Shown one piece after another: positions 60,990 through 64,000 of a stretch of DNA of 64,000 nt. The notes under the pieces were generated by a model. That model searched no databases and was not told the DNA's origin. It worked only from the letters and a program-made list of their open reading frames with translations. Source of the stretch: Malacoraja senta (lineage: Eukaryota); the NCBI GenBank assembly GCA_038087875.1, contig CM075990.1, positions 6,512,001-6,576,000 of the forward strand, in the 5' to 3' direction. How positions within the stretch are numbered: position 1 is the first letter of the stretch; each line of letters opens with the position of its first letter. The translations under genes and the position numbers were made by a program.

Positions 60990-61446
60990 CAGCCGGAAGA
61001 ACGGCATGTAGAGGGAGCCACCGATCGGACCCTGGTCATCCTGGCGACGGTGGACGCAAGAGCAAGGGTCGGGAAGTGAGTGAACTGGGAACTTACCTTG
61101 CGCGCCCTCAAGGTTGGCTGCGGGAGGTGCCCCCAGGGGAACAGAGGTGGCCGGGTGAGGAGAGGGACGATGGTTCACTGTATAATCTGGACGGAGGTGA
61201 TGGCAGGAGGCCCTGCAGAAGCCTGGGGCTCGCCTGGATCGGGTACCACTCCAGAAGACTGAGAGCACGAACCAGACTAGACTTTGAAAATGGTGCTAAA
61301 ACTTGGCGGCACTTGCACGCGGTGTCAGTGGACTATTTCTATACACTTTGTACTAACCTGGGATTGTGCGTAGGCATGGTAATAATTTACTGAACTGTAC
61401 GCAAAACAAAAGTTCACTGTACGTATTAGTGTTAATAAAGACCATT
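60990..61446 (+). mobile_element. GC-rich retroposon with LINE-type tail inside CR1
   Basis: Interrupts the CR1 frame; ends AAAAGTTCACTGTAC..AATAAAGACCATTGA. Confidence 0.55.
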
Positions 61447-61580
61447 GAGCTCAGTCATATGGATCCAGAACTGGCCTACAGATAGAAGACAGAGGGTTGT
61501 GCTGGAAGGACAATGTTCAACGTTGATGTCTATGACCAGTGGAGTTCCACTGGCTTCGGTGTTCGGGACCTCTGCTGTAT

Positions 61581-61614
<34 letters not shown>

Positions 61615-61818
61615 TATTTTTTTTTATTTTTTAATTTTTTTTTAATTTCCGTTTGTTTTTACACTAGAAAAGGGAAAGGGTGAGATTGAGAGAAAGAAGA
61701 AGAAAGTGAAGGAAAAAGTGAAAGTGCAGAAAATGTGACAATGTGATATATATAAACGTCATGGACTTAAATGCAGATGGGTGGATTAGTAAGTTTTGCA
61801 AATGTCACCAAGATTGCT

Positions 61819-62050
61819 GGTAGACAAAAATGCTGGAGAAACTCAGCGGGTAAGGCAGCATCTATGGAGCGAAGGAATAGGTGACGTTTCGGGTCGAGAC
61901 CCTTCTTCAGACTGATGTGGAGGTGGGGGAGGCGGGAAGAAGAAAGGAAGAGGCGGAGACAGTGGGCTGTGGAGAGCTGGGAAAGGGAGGGGAAGGAGGG
62001 AGAAAGCAAGGACTACCTGAAATTGGAGGTCAATCTTCATACCGCAGGGG
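61819..62050 (-). mobile_element. Penelope-like ORF end and pLTR
   Basis: pLTR plus ORF terminus (GMKID.SNFR*) on the minus strand. Confidence 0.78.
61880..61914 (-). ncRNA. Minimal hammerhead ribozyme motif (PLE type), best-preserved copy
   Basis: CTGAAGA-A-GGGTC-TC-GACCC-GAAAC-GTC; stem I only ~2 bp. Confidence 0.55.
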
Positions 62051-62810
62051 TAGAAACGGACAGTGAGGCAGGCAGTAAAAGTATACAGTAGAAGAAAACA
62101 AACTAACCAAAACTCTAAATGGAAGTACTACAGGCAGGAGGTGTTCATTTAAATCCACTTTGCTTCATACTGGATCAGTATGTATCCCAGGACAACGCCT
62201 GTTTAGAGTTTCGTTCAGCAGTAAAGTTGCAAAACGATAGTAAATATCCAAATACAGAGTTGATTCAGAAAAATTGAAAGTTAAGAAGGGAGTGAAGACA
62301 ATAAAACATAACGTGCTGGAGGAACTCAGCGGACCAGGCAGTGTCTGTGGAGGGAATAGACAGATGCCGTTTCTTCAGATGTAGAAGGGTTCCGATCTGA
62401 AATGTTGCTTGTCCATTCTCCCAGCAGATGCTACCTGACCCTCTGAGTTCCTCCAGCACTTTGTGTTTTTTCTCCAGATGCTACCTGACCCTCTGCAGTT
62501 CCTCCTGTCTCCAGTCGAAGACAACAAGTGCTTCCCAGATTTGTTTTCTGTTTGCACACTGGGAGAATATATTAACAAACCTGCTACTTCAGAGGAACAC
62601 AAATATAAATTGGGGATTGATCTCTTAAGGAAAGGGATTGAAATGATTAAAAGTACACAAAATTTCCCAAAGGAGAGATAGCTTTAACTACTAGGTTTAA
62701 ACGTTTATGAGGAGGTTTCAGATGCTTTAGCGATAATCTTGCAAAATTCTTTTGATTTTGACGTGTTTCTTTCAATTGGAAAATTACAATGCAACTACTT
62801 TAGAAAGGTG

Positions 62811-63845
<1,035 letters not shown>

Positions 63846-64000
63846 TGTTCTAAACATACAGTCAAACATCTGTTATGAACAAAATGTTGGAATCTATAAG
63901 AGTGACTGTGCGGAGAGAAATTTGAGCTGGTAAAAGTATTAGGAATAGTAGAGGACCAAAGAGATTTAGGGGGGCTGTGCATACAAATCATTAAAATATG

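Larger units (their letters stand above)
59010..62090 (+). mobile_element. CR1 ORF2 RT region broken by at least four insertions
   Basis: KKG...PGHYRPVSLT..GKLLE..QHGF | FFEETTKAID..HGRLIQK | WIQNW.TDRRQRVV..TSGVP | YIN..D...WISKFA..TKI. Confidence 0.85.

Overview
Repeat-saturated, apparently intronic or intergenic vertebrate DNA. No host protein-coding exon could be recognised. The repeat content points by inference to a cartilaginous fish, probably a skate or ray. It comprises about 20 HE1-like tRNA/V-domain SINEs, many CR1 3' fragments, Rex1/Babar, L2, L1/Tx1 and DeuSINE remnants, and Penelope-like pseudo-LTRs (pLTRs) with GIY-YIG fragments. Highlights: (1) a 140-bp TSD-flanked retroposon (45438-45577) whose first 54 nt fold as a complete minimal HDV-like ribozyme starting exactly at the element's 5' end; (2) minimal hammerhead motifs in the abundant, often palindromic Penelope pLTRs; (3) a ~570-bp inverted duplication (50832-51403 / 52161-52734) that looks like a Penelope-mediated local 3' transduction; (4) seven Harbinger-like MITEs sharing AGGGCCTGTCCCAC-type ends but with different interiors, one enclosing ~1.2 kb of foreign DNA inside a split CR1; (5) a full-length, frameshifted Passport-like Tc1 (DD34E) element; (6) a ~1-kb compound (GA)n tract. 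Family names come from recalled consensus features, not database searches. Boundaries of degenerate repeats are approximate (about +/-10-30 bp). TIR, TSD and ribozyme coordinates were read base by base.
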